Origin: an uncultured Gemmatimonadales bacterium
GTDB taxonomy: Bacteria; Gemmatimonadota; Gemmatimonadetes; Gemmatimonadales; GWC2-71-9
Assembly: GCA_963812755.1 (NCBI GenBank)
Contig: CAWEWK010000015.1
Span: forward strand, 40,590-104,589
Length of the DNA: 64,000 bases
Direction: 5' to 3'
The position numbers were made by a program, and so were the translations under genes. Positions 48,961-59,985 of this stretch are shown here, piece after piece. How positions within the stretch are numbered: position 1 is the stretch's first letter; each line of letters starts with the position of its first letter. Under the pieces are notes generated by a model. The model made no database searches. It saw nothing but the letters and a program-made list of their open reading frames with translations, and was not told where the DNA came from.

Positions 48961-49806
48961 TCAGCCGCGTTCGGCGAGCGAGGGCACGTGCCGCTCGGCC
49001 CACGAGAGCGCGTAGTCGGCGATCTCCTCCCAGCCGCGCTGCGCCGGGAGCAGGTGAGAGCGCCCCTCGAACACCTTCACCTCGGTGAGCATCTCCGCCG
49101 CGTAGTGCGCCGCGTTCGAGTGCTGCACGACCGGCGGCATCAGGTGGTCCTCACCGCCGGAGATGAACAGCAGCGGGGGCCGCGCCGCGTTGCGGTAGTT
49201 GACCCAGGTCTCCTGCGGCCCGGGCTCGAGGTTCGCGAGCGCGGTGTCCCAGACAAGGCCACCCGACGCGGGCACATGATATCGCTGGTACGACGCACGC
49301 GCCTCGGCCTCGGGGAACGTGTTGGCGAACGTGTAGCGCCACTGCTCGTAGGTGAGGCCCACCGCCCGGTGCCGGTTCGCCGGGCTCTTGAGCACCGGGA
49401 ACAGCGCCCGGATCTGCGACCACGGCGCGACGAGGACGCCCTCGGTCGGCGCGGAGTTGAACGTCACTCCCGCGGCGCCGAACCCGTGGTCCAGCAGGAT
49501 CTGCACGAACGTGCCGCCCGCCGAGTGGCCCATCAGGATCGGAGGGGCGTCGAGCGCCCCGACGATCGACTCCAGATGCGCGATGATCGCGGGGACCGTG
49601 AGCCGCTCGACCGGCGTTGGGTCGGCGTTGAGCGCCTCGACCTCGACCTCGAAACCGGGGTATGCGGGGGCGAGGACCCGGTAGCCCTTCGCCTCGTAGT
49701 GCGGGATCCAGTGCTCCCAGCTGCGCGGCGTCACCCAGAAGCCGTGGACCAACACGATCGTATTGGGAGAGCGCTCTGAGGCGCGCGGTGTCATTGGCGT
49801 CGGCAT
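48961..49806 (-). CDS. Alpha/beta hydrolase
   Basis: IVLVHGFW, GHSAGG, GGEDH, GRSH. Confidence 0.92.
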   Translation of the reverse strand: MPTPMTPRASERSPNTIVLVHGFWVTPRSWEHWIPHYEAKGYRVLAPAYPGFEVEVEALNADPTPVERLTVPAIIAHLESIVGALDAPPILMGHSAGGTFVQILLDHGFGAAGVTFNSAPTEGVLVAPWSQIRALFPVLKSPANRHRAVGLTYEQWRYTFANTFPEAEARASYQRYHVPASGGLVWDTALANLEPGPQETWVNYRNAARPPLLFISGGEDHLMPPVVQHSNAAHYAAEMLTEVKVFEGRSHLLPAQRGWEEIADYALSWAERHVPSLAERG

Positions 49807-49921
49807 GTTCGCTCCGTGTGGGCGAAGGGTGAGGTCATGCGCTGCTGCTCGGGCCTGTGCCTGCTGTGGTTCGAGTGGCCTTTTCGGCGCAAGATAGCGG
49901 ATCGGACCTAGTGTCCACGCC

Positions 49922-50374
49922 TCACGTGCCGACTTCCGGCGTCTCCCGCAAGGGAAGCTGTCGGCGCACCCACTCGGTGAGCCCCACGTAGCCGAAGCCC
50001 ACGAGCAGCCGGACCATGAGTCGGAGGAGGATGCGTCCACCCTGTTCGGCGACCACCGTGCGCAACACGCCGTTCGCCAGTATCACGACCAGTGGGAAGA
50101 GAAGATGGATGACGACGAGGAGCACGGGCGCGCGCCAGACCGCCCGCTGGAACTCCGCCACGGTCCGATGATGGAGCGTCCACAGCAGCCACAGCGCGAC
50201 GGCGGCATAGGCGACCAGCTCGCGGATGGCGGACCGGGGGTAGAGCCAGCGGACGGTGGCGCCCGGACCGAGTCCAAGGGTTGAGTACCGGTCGTCCCCG
50301 CCGGCCGCTGCCACCGCGGCAAAGATGACGAGAGGAACCAGGATCGCGCAGATGTAGTAGGTGCGCAGCCGCAT
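49922..50374 (-). CDS. Hypothetical membrane protein
   Basis: 150 aa with about four hydrophobic segments; co-oriented and tightly spaced in the operon. Confidence 0.65.
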   Translation of the reverse strand: MRLRTYYICAILVPLVIFAAVAAAGGDDRYSTLGLGPGATVRWLYPRSAIRELVAYAAVALWLLWTLHHRTVAEFQRAVWRAPVLLVVIHLLFPLVVILANGVLRTVVAEQGGRILLRLMVRLLVGFGYVGLTEWVRRQLPLRETPEVGT

Positions 50375-50375
50375 C

Positions 50376-52040
50376 TCAGTCGAGCTCGTAGGGGGAGGGG
50401 GGCGCGCCGTCCTCCGCCGACTCCAGCAGGACGGTCTCCAGATCGAGGTCCCGCTGCACCCGCCGCAGGACGTCGTCGCCGATCACGCCCTGGTCGCGCA
50501 GCCGCACCAGGGCCTCGCGCTCGTCCTCGATCATCGCGACCCTGAGCGCACGGTAGGCGCTGGCGAGGTTCTCGGCCCGGCTCCCGTCGATGCCGGCGAG
50601 CCTGGCATGGTCATCGTCCTCCCCACCGTGGCGTGCCCGGTCCCGGGCAGACCAGCGCTCGACCCGGCGGCGATACGTCGCCTCGAGGGACCTCGCCGTG
50701 GCGCGGCCCGCGCCTTCGCGCCCGGCCTCGACCCGGAGCCTCCGGAGACCGGCTTCGGCCACGACCCGGCGGGCATGGGCCTCCTCGGTGTCGCGCTGTC
50801 CACCCTCGGTCAGCCCCCACCAGCGGATCAACGGCGCCAGGGTAAGGCCCTGCAGCACCAGCGTCGCCAGGATGACGCTGAAGGTGAGGAAGATGATGAG
50901 TCCCCGGGCCGGAAAGGGATCCCCGGAGCCGATGGCGACCGGGACCGCCAGGGCGAGGACCAGGGAATCGCCGCCCCGCATCCCCGCCCAGCCCAGGAAG
51001 GCGACCTGGCGCCACTCGGGGGCTCCTCCCTCCCCCGGCCGCGCTCGACGGGTCCGCCGAAGCACCGCGCCGGCGATGAAGGTGTAGACCAACCGCACGC
51101 CGATGATTGTCCCCGTGATCACCGCGGCGTAGAGCAGGAGCGTGCCGAGAGGGTGGGTCCGCAACGTACGCAGGATGAAGGGCAGCTCCAGCCCGACCAA
51201 GATGAACACCAGGCTCTCCAGGATGAACTGCACCATGATCCACATGGACTCGAGCTGGATCCGGGTCGCCGCCGGGACGGTGCGCGGCCCCAACCGGCCG
51301 AGGTAGAGTCCTACCGCTACCACGCTCAGCACGCCGGAGAGGTCGAGCCACTCGGCCGGCAGGTAGGCGAAGAAAGGCGTGAGCAGCGAGATGGTGTTCT
51401 CCACGATGGGCGCGCCCCGCACCCGGCGGCGTACCTGGCCGATGAGCCAGCCGACGGCGAGACCGACCGCCACGCCGCCCGCGCCGGTCAGGAGGAAGCC
51501 GAGCGCCGCACGTCCGGGCGAGAAGCTTCCCGTGACAGCGGCGCCCACCGCCACCCGGTAGGCCACCAGCGCGGTCGCGTCGTTGACCAGGCCCTCGCCC
51601 TCGAGAATCGTGCTGAGCACCCGCCGAGCGCCGATGGTGCGCATGACCGCGATGGCCGCCACTGGGTCGGGCGGCGAGATGATGGCGCCCAAGGTGAACG
51701 CCGCCGCCCAACTGAACTCGGGGATGAGCGCGTGGGCTGCCGCCGCGACCGCCACGATGGTGAGGAGCACCACCAGCGTGCCGTAGCGAGCGATGGGCCA
51801 GAAGTGGGTGCGAAAGTCGCGGAGGGAAGTATTGAGCGCGCCCCAGTAGAGCAGCGGGGGGACGAAGACGAGGAACAGGGTTTCGGGCTCGAACTCGACC
51901 CGGGGCAAGCCCGGCACGAACACCAGCGCGAGCCCGGCGAGGACCAGGAGCACGGGATGCGGTACCCGGAGGCGGCGCGCCACCAGGCGCAGCGCTGCGG
52001 AGACCGCGAGCAGGATGACAACCAGCTCCACACCTTGCAT
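50376..52040 (-). CDS. CPA1 family Na+/H+ antiporter
   Basis: LGAIISPPDPVA, ILEGEGLVNDATAL, WAGMRG, LVLQGLTL, RDLDLE. Confidence 0.95.
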   Translation of the reverse strand: MQGVELVVILLAVSAALRLVARRLRVPHPVLLVLAGLALVFVPGLPRVEFEPETLFLVFVPPLLYWGALNTSLRDFRTHFWPIARYGTLVVLLTIVAVAAAAHALIPEFSWAAAFTLGAIISPPDPVAAIAVMRTIGARRVLSTILEGEGLVNDATALVAYRVAVGAAVTGSFSPGRAALGFLLTGAGGVAVGLAVGWLIGQVRRRVRGAPIVENTISLLTPFFAYLPAEWLDLSGVLSVVAVGLYLGRLGPRTVPAATRIQLESMWIMVQFILESLVFILVGLELPFILRTLRTHPLGTLLLYAAVITGTIIGVRLVYTFIAGAVLRRTRRARPGEGGAPEWRQVAFLGWAGMRGGDSLVLALAVPVAIGSGDPFPARGLIIFLTFSVILATLVLQGLTLAPLIRWWGLTEGGQRDTEEAHARRVVAEAGLRRLRVEAGREGAGRATARSLEATYRRRVERWSARDRARHGGEDDDHARLAGIDGSRAENLASAYRALRVAMIEDEREALVRLRDQGVIGDDVLRRVQRDLDLETVLLESAEDGAPPSPYELD

Positions 52041-52045
52041 GAGGG

Positions 52046-52807
52046 TTACCTCTCGACCAGCTGCTGCCCCCCGTCGATGTCGAAGGTCGCGCCGGTGAGC
52101 GCGGTGTTGGTCATGAGGTGGACGGCCAGAGTGGCGACGTCGGCCGGGCCGACCACGCGCCGGATCGGAAGCGTGGTGCGGAGCTGCTCCCGCCGCGTCT
52201 GGATCTGATCTCCGAGGATGGCCGCGGAGAGTGGGGTGTCCACGAACCCGGCGGCGATCAGGTTGACCCGGATCGGGGCCAGCTCGAGCGCCAGGTTCCT
52301 GACCAGCGCCGGTCCCGCGGCGGTGAGCGCTCCGATCATCGCGAAGCCCGGCGCCGTGCGGCGGCCGCCGGTGCCGCCCATGAAGAGCAGGGTGCCGCCC
52401 GGGCGCACCTTCCCCCGGGCGTGCCGGGCAACCTCGATCGGCAGCAGGAGATGGGACTCGACCTCCCGGCGCGCCTTCTCGACCTCGAACTCCGCGAGCG
52501 GCGCGTAGTAGGGGCCGGGGCCGGTGACCAGCACGTGATCCACCGGGTTGGCCAGCTCGTCGAAGAAACGCTCGAGCCGGGTGAAGTCGGTGGCGTCGAA
52601 GGCCGCGGTGGCGCCCGCGCCGAGCGCTCGGCCGGCCTGCTGGAGCCGATCCGGGTCGCGCGCGGTGAGGATCAGGTCGGCGCCAGCCTCGCGGGCCGCG
52701 CGGGCGGTCTCGAGCCCGATACCCGCGCTGCCGCCGATCACGAGCACGGTTTGCCCTCGCAGCGCGGGCGCGTGCCTGGCCGGGGTGATGGGAGAGGTGG
52801 CGGTCAT
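52046..52807 (-). CDS. SDR family oxidoreductase (atypical)
   Basis: IGGSAGIG, LALELAPIRVNLIAAGFVDTP, TGATFDIDGG. Confidence 0.92.
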   Translation of the reverse strand: MTATSPITPARHAPALRGQTVLVIGGSAGIGLETARAAREAGADLILTARDPDRLQQAGRALGAGATAAFDATDFTRLERFFDELANPVDHVLVTGPGPYYAPLAEFEVEKARREVESHLLLPIEVARHARGKVRPGGTLLFMGGTGGRRTAPGFAMIGALTAAGPALVRNLALELAPIRVNLIAAGFVDTPLSAAILGDQIQTRREQLRTTLPIRRVVGPADVATLAVHLMTNTALTGATFDIDGGQQLVER

Positions 52808-53421
52808 TGCTGCTCCTTTCGTCGAGGCGGGGGCGGGGGCGGCTTCTCCCCCGGCCGCTTGTTCCATCCATGGAAGGGGGCGAGGTCGCCCCGGTCCCAG
52901 CACTCGCGGAGCCCGGGCGTGCTCAGATCCCAGTCCGGGCGAATCTGGCTCGACACCTCCCGGAGGTCGTGCCAGAGGTCCACCACCGAGGGCCGGCCCC
53001 AGAACCAATAGCCGTTGTAGATCCGGTGGACCACAAGGCCCGGCTTGAGCACCAGGGTGTGCGGAATCATCGGGTCGTGCTCGGGGTCGGTGTATTCCTG
53101 GATGTCCAGGTCCTGCTGCACCGTCCGCTCAGGGTCGGAGAGGAAGGGCCACTGGGCGCCGACCGATGCCCGAAACTCCTGGCTCGTGTGGTGGTCGTCG
53201 GTCGAGATCGTGACGATCCGGGTATACGCCACCGCGATTTTGGAAAAGAACGCGGCGAGGTCGAGGTGCTGCTGGTGCTCCTTGGGACAGTAGTGGCCGC
53301 GCGCGAGGGTCAGGATCATCGGGTCCTCACCCTGCAGCTCGCTCAGCTTGCGGGGCGTCTTGGAATGATCGGGCAGCTGGTAGTCGGGAAAGACGGCCCC
53401 GGGCACGATGTCGGAACGCAT
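52804..53421 (-). CDS. Redoxin/AhpC-TSA family protein
   Basis: PGAVFPDYQLPD, RGHYCPKE, TISTD, WPFLSD. Confidence 0.88.
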   Translation of the reverse strand: MRSDIVPGAVFPDYQLPDHSKTPRKLSELQGEDPMILTLARGHYCPKEHQQHLDLAAFFSKIAVAYTRIVTISTDDHHTSQEFRASVGAQWPFLSDPERTVQQDLDIQEYTDPEHDPMIPHTLVLKPGLVVHRIYNGYWFWGRPSVVDLWHDLREVSSQIRPDWDLSTPGLRECWDRGDLAPFHGWNKRPGEKPPPPPPRRKEQQ

Positions 53422-54098
53422 CAGTTCACCTCCGTCCGAGGATTGGCTGGGGCCTCATCCCACAGGCGAAACCCGCCCACATACGCGGCGGAGTTGTCAC
53501 CGGCCCGACAGCCGGGTGGAAGCTCCTTGAGCTTGCGCACGTTTCCTCCACCGAGCACCACCTCGTCCGGCTCGAGTGCCGCGACCAATCTGGCTACCAC
53601 ATCCGCGACGTAGCGGCGCCACTCCTTCTTTCCCCACTTATCGAGTCCGCGCTGCCCGACGTAATCCTCGTAGGTGCCTTTCTTGTAAGGCAGATGGCCG
53701 AGCTCCATCGGCTCCACGATACCGTCGACGATGAGCGTAGAGCCGAGCCCGGTACCCAATCCGAGGAATAGCATCTTCCCGCCACGGTAGCTCCCTAGGG
53801 CCTGCATAGCTGCGTCGTTGATGACCTTGACCGGCCGGCCGAACCCCGCCTGATAGTCGAAGTGGACCCATCCCTTGCCCAGGTTGACGGGCTCTGCGAT
53901 TGGGCGGCCGTGGAGCACGACACCCGGATAGCCCAGAGAAACCACGTCATGCTTCCATCCCAGAGCGCTGCTCTTGACTCCGTCGACCATCGCCTGAGGT
54001 GTCAGGTTTCGCCCCGACGCAAACCTCCTCGGCTCAGGCTGGCCCGTGGCCAGGATCTTGACGTTGGTACCGCCGACATCGACGACCAGGACATTCAC
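53421..54098 (-). CDS. ROK family kinase (polyphosphate glucokinase-like)
   Basis: [39 protein letters not shown]. Confidence 0.9.
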   Translation of the reverse strand: MNVLVVDVGGTNVKILATGQPEPRRFASGRNLTPQAMVDGVKSSALGWKHDVVSLGYPGVVLHGRPIAEPVNLGKGWVHFDYQAGFGRPVKVINDAAMQALGSYRGGKMLFLGLGTGLGSTLIVDGIVEPMELGHLPYKKGTYEDYVGQRGLDKWGKKEWRRYVADVVARLVAALEPDEVVLGGGNVRKLKELPPGCRAGDNSAAYVGGFRLWDEAPANPRTEVN

Positions 54099-55748
54099 CG
54101 CTCGGTCCCCAGAGCCTGGTTCACCATCTCTTGGGCTTCGCTCACCAGGGCCTTCAGGTGCCCCTCGTTCCGGAAGCTCTCGGCGTAGATCTTGTAAATG
54201 TTCTCGGTGCCGGAGGGCCGGGCGGCGAACCATCCGCTGGCTACGACGACCTTGAGGCCGCCGATCGGCGCCTGGTTGCCCGGCGCGCGCGTGAGCTTGG
54301 CGGTGATCGACTCACCGGCCAGCGTCGTGGCCTTGACGTCCTGAGGCGAGAGCTTGGCCAGGCGGGCCTTCTGCTCCGGGCTCGCCGCCGCGTCGATGCG
54401 GGTATAGCAGGGCGCCCCGAAGTCGCTCGTCAGCTCCCGGTAGTGCTCTCCCGGGTCTTTGCCGGTGCGAGCGGTAATCTCGGCCGCCAGCAGGTCCATG
54501 ATCGGGCCGTCCTTGTCCGTGGTCCACACCGTACCGTCATGCCGGAGGAAGCTCGCTCCGGCACTTTCCTCTCCGCCGAAGCAGTACGAGCCGTCAATCA
54601 GTCCCGGGACGAACCACTTGAAGCCCACCGGCACCTCGGCCACCCGGCGGCCGAGCTTCTCCACCACCCGATCGATCATGCTGCTGCTGACCAGCGTTTT
54701 GCCGACTGCAGCCTGGCCGGGCCAGCTGCGGCCGGTGGGTAAGCAGATAGCGTATGGCCACCGCCAGATAGTGGTTGGGGTTCATCAGCCCCGCCGAGCC
54801 CGTCACGATCCCGTGCCGGTCGGCGTCCGGGTCGTTGGCGAAGGCGACGCGGTACCGGTCCTTGAGACCGACCAGCCGCGCCATGGCGAACGGGCTCGAT
54901 GGGTCCATCCGGATCTTGCCATCGTGATCCACGGACATGAACGAGAAGGTCGGGTCGATCACCGGGTTTACCACGGTGATATGGAGCTGGTAGATCGAAT
55001 TGATCGGCTCCCAGTATCCCGCCGCCGCTCCACCCAGGGGGTCTACGCCCAACTCCAGCCGGGCGCCCCGAATGGCTTCCATGTCCACCACGTTCTTCAG
55101 ATCCCGCACGTAGGGCAGGACCAGGTCTTCCTGATGCGTGCTCGCCGCCTTGAGGGCGGTCGTGAACGGCACCCGCTTCACATCGGCATTGCCGCCGCGT
55201 AACAGCTGGTTGGCTCGTTTCTGCACCCAGTCGGTCACGTCGAGGTCAGCCGGTCCCCCGTTGGGTGGGTTGTACTTGAAGCCACCGTCTTCCGGTGGAT
55301 TGTGGGACGGGGTGATGACGATCCCGTCCGCAAGGTGGGCCTGGCGGCCGCGATTGTATCCGAGGATGGCCCAGGAAATGACCGGCGTCGGCGTGACGCC
55401 GTCGTCGGCCTGGATGATGGTCTCCACCGTGTTCGCCGCCAGCACCTCGAGCGCGCTCCGCTGCGCCGGTGCCGACGCCGCATGGGTGTCCTTACCCATG
55501 TAGAGCGGCCCGTCGATGCCCCGGCTCCGCCGATAGTCGCAGATGGCCTGGGTGATCGCCGCGATATGGGCAGCGGTAAACGAGCCGCGGAACGGCGAGC
55601 CTCGATGCCCGCTGGTGCCGAAGCTGACCAGCTGGGTTGGATCGCCCAGGTCAGGGCTTCGTTCGTAATACTCCTGCTCGAGCCGAGTCGGGTCGACCAG
55701 TAGAGACGGTGGGGCCGGCTTGCCGGCCAAGGGAGAAATCGCTGTCAG
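54095..55748 (-). CDS. pgm: Phosphoglucomutase (1-nt frameshift near 54725; start CTG 55748 or TTG 55730)
   Basis: [23 protein letters not shown]; then [21 protein letters not shown] in the second frame. Confidence 0.92.
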
Positions 55749-57562
55749 GCTGGGCTACCGGCCATGTGCGCCGGCGTCGAGCCACGCCGGGCGAAGTAGG
55801 TGTGCAGTTGCGCGACGACCGCCGCCCCTTCCCCGATGGCCGCCCCCACCCGCTTCACGGAGCCGCAACGGACGTCGCCGACGGCGAAGATCCCCTCGAC
55901 GCCGGTCTCCAGCGGCAGCGGCGCCCGCTCGGTCGAACCCACGTCGGCGCCGGTCCGGATGAAGCCGTTCTGATCGAGGGGGACGCCGCAGCCGGTGAGG
56001 CAACTCGCCGCCGGATCGGCGCCGGTGAAGAGGAACAGATGGGCGAGAGCGACCTGTTCCTCGGCGCCGGTGCGCCGGTTGCGCCACCGCACGCCGTGGA
56101 GACCGTGTTCGGACGTGCCGAGGAGCTCCACGATCTCGGTATCACAGAGCAGCATGATGTTCGGGGAGGCCGCGATCCGATCGATGAGGTAGCGCGACAT
56201 GGTGCTCGCCAGGCCCGGCCGGCGCACCAGCAGGCGCACGTGGCGCGCGTGGCTGGCGAGGAAGACGGCGGCCTGGCCCGCCGAATTTCCTCCACCTACC
56301 AGGGCCACGTCCTCGTTGTGGCACAGCCGGGCCTCGACGGGCGACGCCCAATACGAGACGCCGCGGCCCTCGAACCGCGCGAGATTCGGAATCTCCGGAC
56401 GACGATAGCGCGCGCCCGTGGCGATCACGACCGCGCGCGCCCGGATACGCCGCCCGTCGGCTAGCTCGAGGACGTGCACCGGGTCGGGGCTCGAGCTCTC
56501 CGACGCGCAGTCCACCCGCTTGACCTCGGTGGACAGGCTGAACTCGGCCCCGAATTTCTGCGCCTGAGTGAACGCGCGTCCCATCAGCGCCTGACCGGAG
56601 ACGCCGGTGGGAAAACCCAGGTAGTTCTCGATGCGCGCGCTGGCGCCGGCCTGGCCTCCAAACGCGAGCGCTTCCAGTACCACGACGGAGAGGCCCTCGG
56701 ACGCGGCGTAGACCGCGGTCGCAAGACCGGCCGGACCGGCGCCGACGACGGCCACGTCGTACGGCTCGGCGCGGAAGTCCGTCGCCACCAGGCCCAGCGC
56801 GCGCCCCAGCTCCTGCTTCGTGGGGTTCTCGAGCACCGTGCCGTCCGACAGGACCACGATCGGCAGCTCACTCCGCCTGTGGGCGAATCGGGCAAGCACT
56901 GGCGAGCCGTCCCGGTCCTCGTCGGGATCGACGACCCGGAAGGGAATCCCGTTGCGCCCGAGGTAGCTCGACAGCCGCGTCACGTCCGGGGACTTGAGTG
57001 CCCCGACGATGGCCGGGCCTCCGAAACCGATCTCGATCAGCGCCACGCGACGGAGCATGAGCGCGCGCAGGATGCGCTCGCCCAGCTCGGCCTCGGCGAC
57101 GAGCAGCGCTCGGATCGCCTCCGGCGGCACCAGGATCGCCTCCACGTCATCGATCGCCCGGGCGTCGATCACGCTCAGATCCGGCCTCCCGGAGAGCTGT
57201 CCCAGCTCGCCCATGACCTCGCCCGGGACGACCTCCATCATTTCCTCGACTGCGGCCCCCACCAGCTGCGCAAAAGCCTCCACTGGCGGTGCCTTGCCCA
57301 GCGCATCGCGTGGCACGACGGCGACCCGGCCGGAGAGGATCACGTACATCCCGGGGTAGGCCTCGCCCGCCTGGAACAGAAGGTCTCCGGCCGGGAACCG
57401 CCTGACCTCACCGAAACGTCGGACGCGGTCGATCTCGGCTCCGGAAAGGACCGGAAACATCTGGTTGAACCGCGACGCCAGTGCGGCGTTGGATGTCGCC
57501 GGCGCCGCCGGAGCCACGTTCCCCGGTGCCTCGTGCTCGCTGCGCTCGTCCTGGTTCCGCAT
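55745..57562 (-). CDS. cNMP-binding domain fused to thioredoxin-reductase-like FAD oxidoreductase
   Basis: N-terminal Crp-like LFQAGE...GELGQL; [27 protein letters not shown]. Confidence 0.92.
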   Translation of the reverse strand: MRNQDERSEHEAPGNVAPAAPATSNAALASRFNQMFPVLSGAEIDRVRRFGEVRRFPAGDLLFQAGEAYPGMYVILSGRVAVVPRDALGKAPPVEAFAQLVGAAVEEMMEVVPGEVMGELGQLSGRPDLSVIDARAIDDVEAILVPPEAIRALLVAEAELGERILRALMLRRVALIEIGFGGPAIVGALKSPDVTRLSSYLGRNGIPFRVVDPDEDRDGSPVLARFAHRRSELPIVVLSDGTVLENPTKQELGRALGLVATDFRAEPYDVAVVGAGPAGLATAVYAASEGLSVVVLEALAFGGQAGASARIENYLGFPTGVSGQALMGRAFTQAQKFGAEFSLSTEVKRVDCASESSSPDPVHVLELADGRRIRARAVVIATGARYRRPEIPNLARFEGRGVSYWASPVEARLCHNEDVALVGGGNSAGQAAVFLASHARHVRLLVRRPGLASTMSRYLIDRIAASPNIMLLCDTEIVELLGTSEHGLHGVRWRNRRTGAEEQVALAHLFLFTGADPAASCLTGCGVPLDQNGFIRTGADVGSTERAPLPLETGVEGIFAVGDVRCGSVKRVGAAIGEGAAVVAQLHTYFARRGSTPAHMAGSPA

Positions 57563-57693
57563 GTCAGACCCCACCAATCGACACCCTACACCTGCGCGAT
57601 GCCTCATCCACGAACGATTCCGCTCCCGTGGTGTGGCTGCTGTCATCGGACGCGAAAAATACCACGGTCACGACCGATGATGGGCTCACGACT

Positions 57694-58833
57694 CTACTTC
57701 AGAATGTTGAAGCAGGTCGCCACCTGGATCCGGTTGCCGGACCCCTGCGCCCCATTCCGCAGCTCCCTCCGGCCATACAGGTACTCGCCTCCGATCCAGG
57801 CACGCTGCTCGAGAAACCAGTAGAGCAGGTTCACGGCGACATAGTTGAAGCTGTCGTTCGAGGTGGCCGGATCGCCGACGTCGCTGACGAGCCAGGCGGG
57901 GCTCACTACGGCGTAGGACGACCATCGAGCCGACCAGTAGTGCTGGTATCCGGCCGTGAAGCCGACGACGTCGATGGTCTCGAGCCGGCCCGAGGCATCA
58001 AGCGCGGCGCTCGGTGCGCCGCGATAGCGGCCCAGTCCAGGACCGTACCCGACTTCGAGGTAGGCCGTGTCACGCTCAAGCAGGCGGAGGCCGCCGGAGA
58101 CCAGGACACCGCCGATGGTGACGTCGCTCGTGGCCCCCGTGCCGGCTCTGAAGCGGGTTCGACCTACGAACCCCGACAGCTGGACATGACCCCGGCTGTG
58201 GGTGAGCCGGTACCGGGTGGTGAAGTCGGGCCAGGGCTTCTCGCTGGCTCCCTGGACGCCAGGCGGGATCAGAATCTCCGGGTCGCTCTCTTCAATGGCG
58301 AATGCCAGGTCGCTGCGCTTTGAGAGTCCGGTGGTGATGCGCAGAAGGCCTTGCCGGACGAGCGGCGCCGCCAATGGCGTCTCGAAGTCGATGGTCGGCG
58401 GGATGTTCCTGTCGTCCATGACCGTGGTCCAGGTCTGTCCGGCCAGCAGGACGCCGTATTGCGCGTAGGCGTGGCGCACGCGGAAAGCGTTGCCTGTTCC
58501 ATAAAAGTCACCCTCGAGGAACAGCCGGAGGTTCCTCCCTTCGGCCGGCCGTTCGATCCCAAGCGAGAGTCGCGTTTCCCTCGCGTGGATCCGGGTGTTG
58601 CTGCCCTCGCTCCCGTCCACGGGGATAGCGCGGGGGTCGAACGAATCCGGAGACCCGTTCGGGTCGAAGTCGTGGATCAGGTCGAGCTTGAAGTAGCCCC
58701 CGAGGGTAAGCTGCGACGACCCGGACCTGAAGGTGATGGGAGAGGGTGATGCCTGTGCGCCCAGGCTTCCCGGCCCGGCACACGATAGGACGGGAACGCA
58801 AGCGGCCGCGAAGACTAGTCTCGGAATCAACAA
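57694..58833 (-). CDS. DcaP-like trimeric outer-membrane porin
   Basis: LGGYFKLD, HARETRL, EGDF, RVRHAY, AGQTWT, GGEYLYGRRE. Confidence 0.85.
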   Translation of the reverse strand: MLIPRLVFAAACVPVLSCAGPGSLGAQASPSPITFRSGSSQLTLGGYFKLDLIHDFDPNGSPDSFDPRAIPVDGSEGSNTRIHARETRLSLGIERPAEGRNLRLFLEGDFYGTGNAFRVRHAYAQYGVLLAGQTWTTVMDDRNIPPTIDFETPLAAPLVRQGLLRITTGLSKRSDLAFAIEESDPEILIPPGVQGASEKPWPDFTTRYRLTHSRGHVQLSGFVGRTRFRAGTGATSDVTIGGVLVSGGLRLLERDTAYLEVGYGPGLGRYRGAPSAALDASGRLETIDVVGFTAGYQHYWSARWSSYAVVSPAWLVSDVGDPATSNDSFNYVAVNLLYWFLEQRAWIGGEYLYGRRELRNGAQGSGNRIQVATCFNILK

Positions 58834-58884
58834 CTGCTCAGAGCGACCAGCGGAATGCCCTGCCGGCCGTCGGGACGCATCGGG

Positions 58885-59985
58885 TCACCTCCGTCCCACG
58901 TCTGGGCGCCGCTGCCGGCCCATGAGATAGGCCGCCGCGAGCCCGTACACCAACGTCTGGAGCCAGAGCGCGCCCCACGATCTCCACGCTTCCGCCAGCG
59001 TGGCCCCCATCTCGGCGATCTGGATGAAGCCTCGAATACCGAACGTCGTTGGAAGAGCCAGCGAGATGGCCTGGACCCACGCCGCCTGGTTCTCCCATGG
59101 GAAGCTGATGCCTGACAGGAACAACGCAGGGACGGACGTGAGCGCGAGTGCCACGGTGGACGACTCGGGACGCTCGAACAGCTCGCCGATCGCCAGCCCG
59201 AGCAAGACGCTCGCGGTGATGAATGGGACGAGGAAAAGGGCGGCGGCTGCCAGGTCGGCCCTGAGCGGCAATCCATACAACCGGAACGCGGCCAGGAACA
59301 TGAACGCGGCCTGGAGGAGATAGAGCACGAGGAGCACCGCTACGATCCCACCGAGCGTGGCCCACACCGGCCCAGGGTCGGTCGCGGGACTGTGCCGTTG
59401 GGCCACGCGCAGGGTGCCCATTCCTATGAGGAGCGTCTGCTGCAGCACCAGGATGAAGACGGCGGGCACGAGGAAGGTGGCGTACCCTCCGAGCGGATTG
59501 AACAGCGGCCAGCTCGCCAGGCCTACCGGCGAGGGCCGATGCGTGATGCTCGCCCCGAAGGTCGCGGCTACGGTGTTGACAGTTCCGGACACCGTGCTGC
59601 GCACCAGCAGATAGCTCCCGTCGACGTAGGCAGTGACGGTGGCAGGCTCGCGCCGGAGGATGTGCCGCTGGAAGTCCACCGGAATCAGCACCACGCCGCC
59701 CGCCGTGCCCGCGCGCACGGCCTCCTGTGCGGCCTCGAGGTCCGCGCTCCGGCCGGCTACGGCCACCCCTTCGCTCGCGTCGAGCCAGCGCGCAAACTTG
59801 CGGCTCATGGGTGTGTGGTCGCGGTCCACCACGACGACCGGGACGTCGCGCAGCACCTGCCGGAGATACGGTGTGGGGTAGTACAAGCTGTAGAACACCG
59901 AGGCACCCACCAGCACAGCGAGCACCCCCTCGTTGTGTCCGATGGTGCGGAGCGTCCGAAGCGCGGCGCGGCCGAGCGCCCTCAT
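58885..59985 (-). CDS. ABC-2 family permease
   Basis: VPVVVVDRD, LFNPLGGYATFLVPAVFILVLQQTLL, FLSGISFP. Confidence 0.9.
   Translation of the reverse strand: MRALGRAALRTLRTIGHNEGVLAVLVGASVFYSLYYPTPYLRQVLRDVPVVVVDRDHTPMSRKFARWLDASEGVAVAGRSADLEAAQEAVRAGTAGGVVLIPVDFQRHILRREPATVTAYVDGSYLLVRSTVSGTVNTVAATFGASITHRPSPVGLASWPLFNPLGGYATFLVPAVFILVLQQTLLIGMGTLRVAQRHSPATDPGPVWATLGGIVAVLLVLYLLQAAFMFLAAFRLYGLPLRADLAAAALFLVPFITASVLLGLAIGELFERPESSTVALALTSVPALFLSGISFPWENQAAWVQAISLALPTTFGIRGFIQIAEMGATLAEAWRSWGALWLQTLVYGLAAAYLMGRQRRPDVGRR

Noticed and set aside
7740-54730. Programmed ribosomal frameshifting in the kinase, RND genes, ackA and pgm
   Set aside because: No slippery heptamers at the sites, and these families are not known to be recoded; sequencing error is the simpler explanation.
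47126-57562. Pycsar-like system made of the TIR gene plus the cNMP-domain oxidoreductase
   Set aside because: The genes are 7.7 kb apart with unrelated genes between them, there is no cyclase, and the cNMP-TrxB fusion is common outside defence loci.
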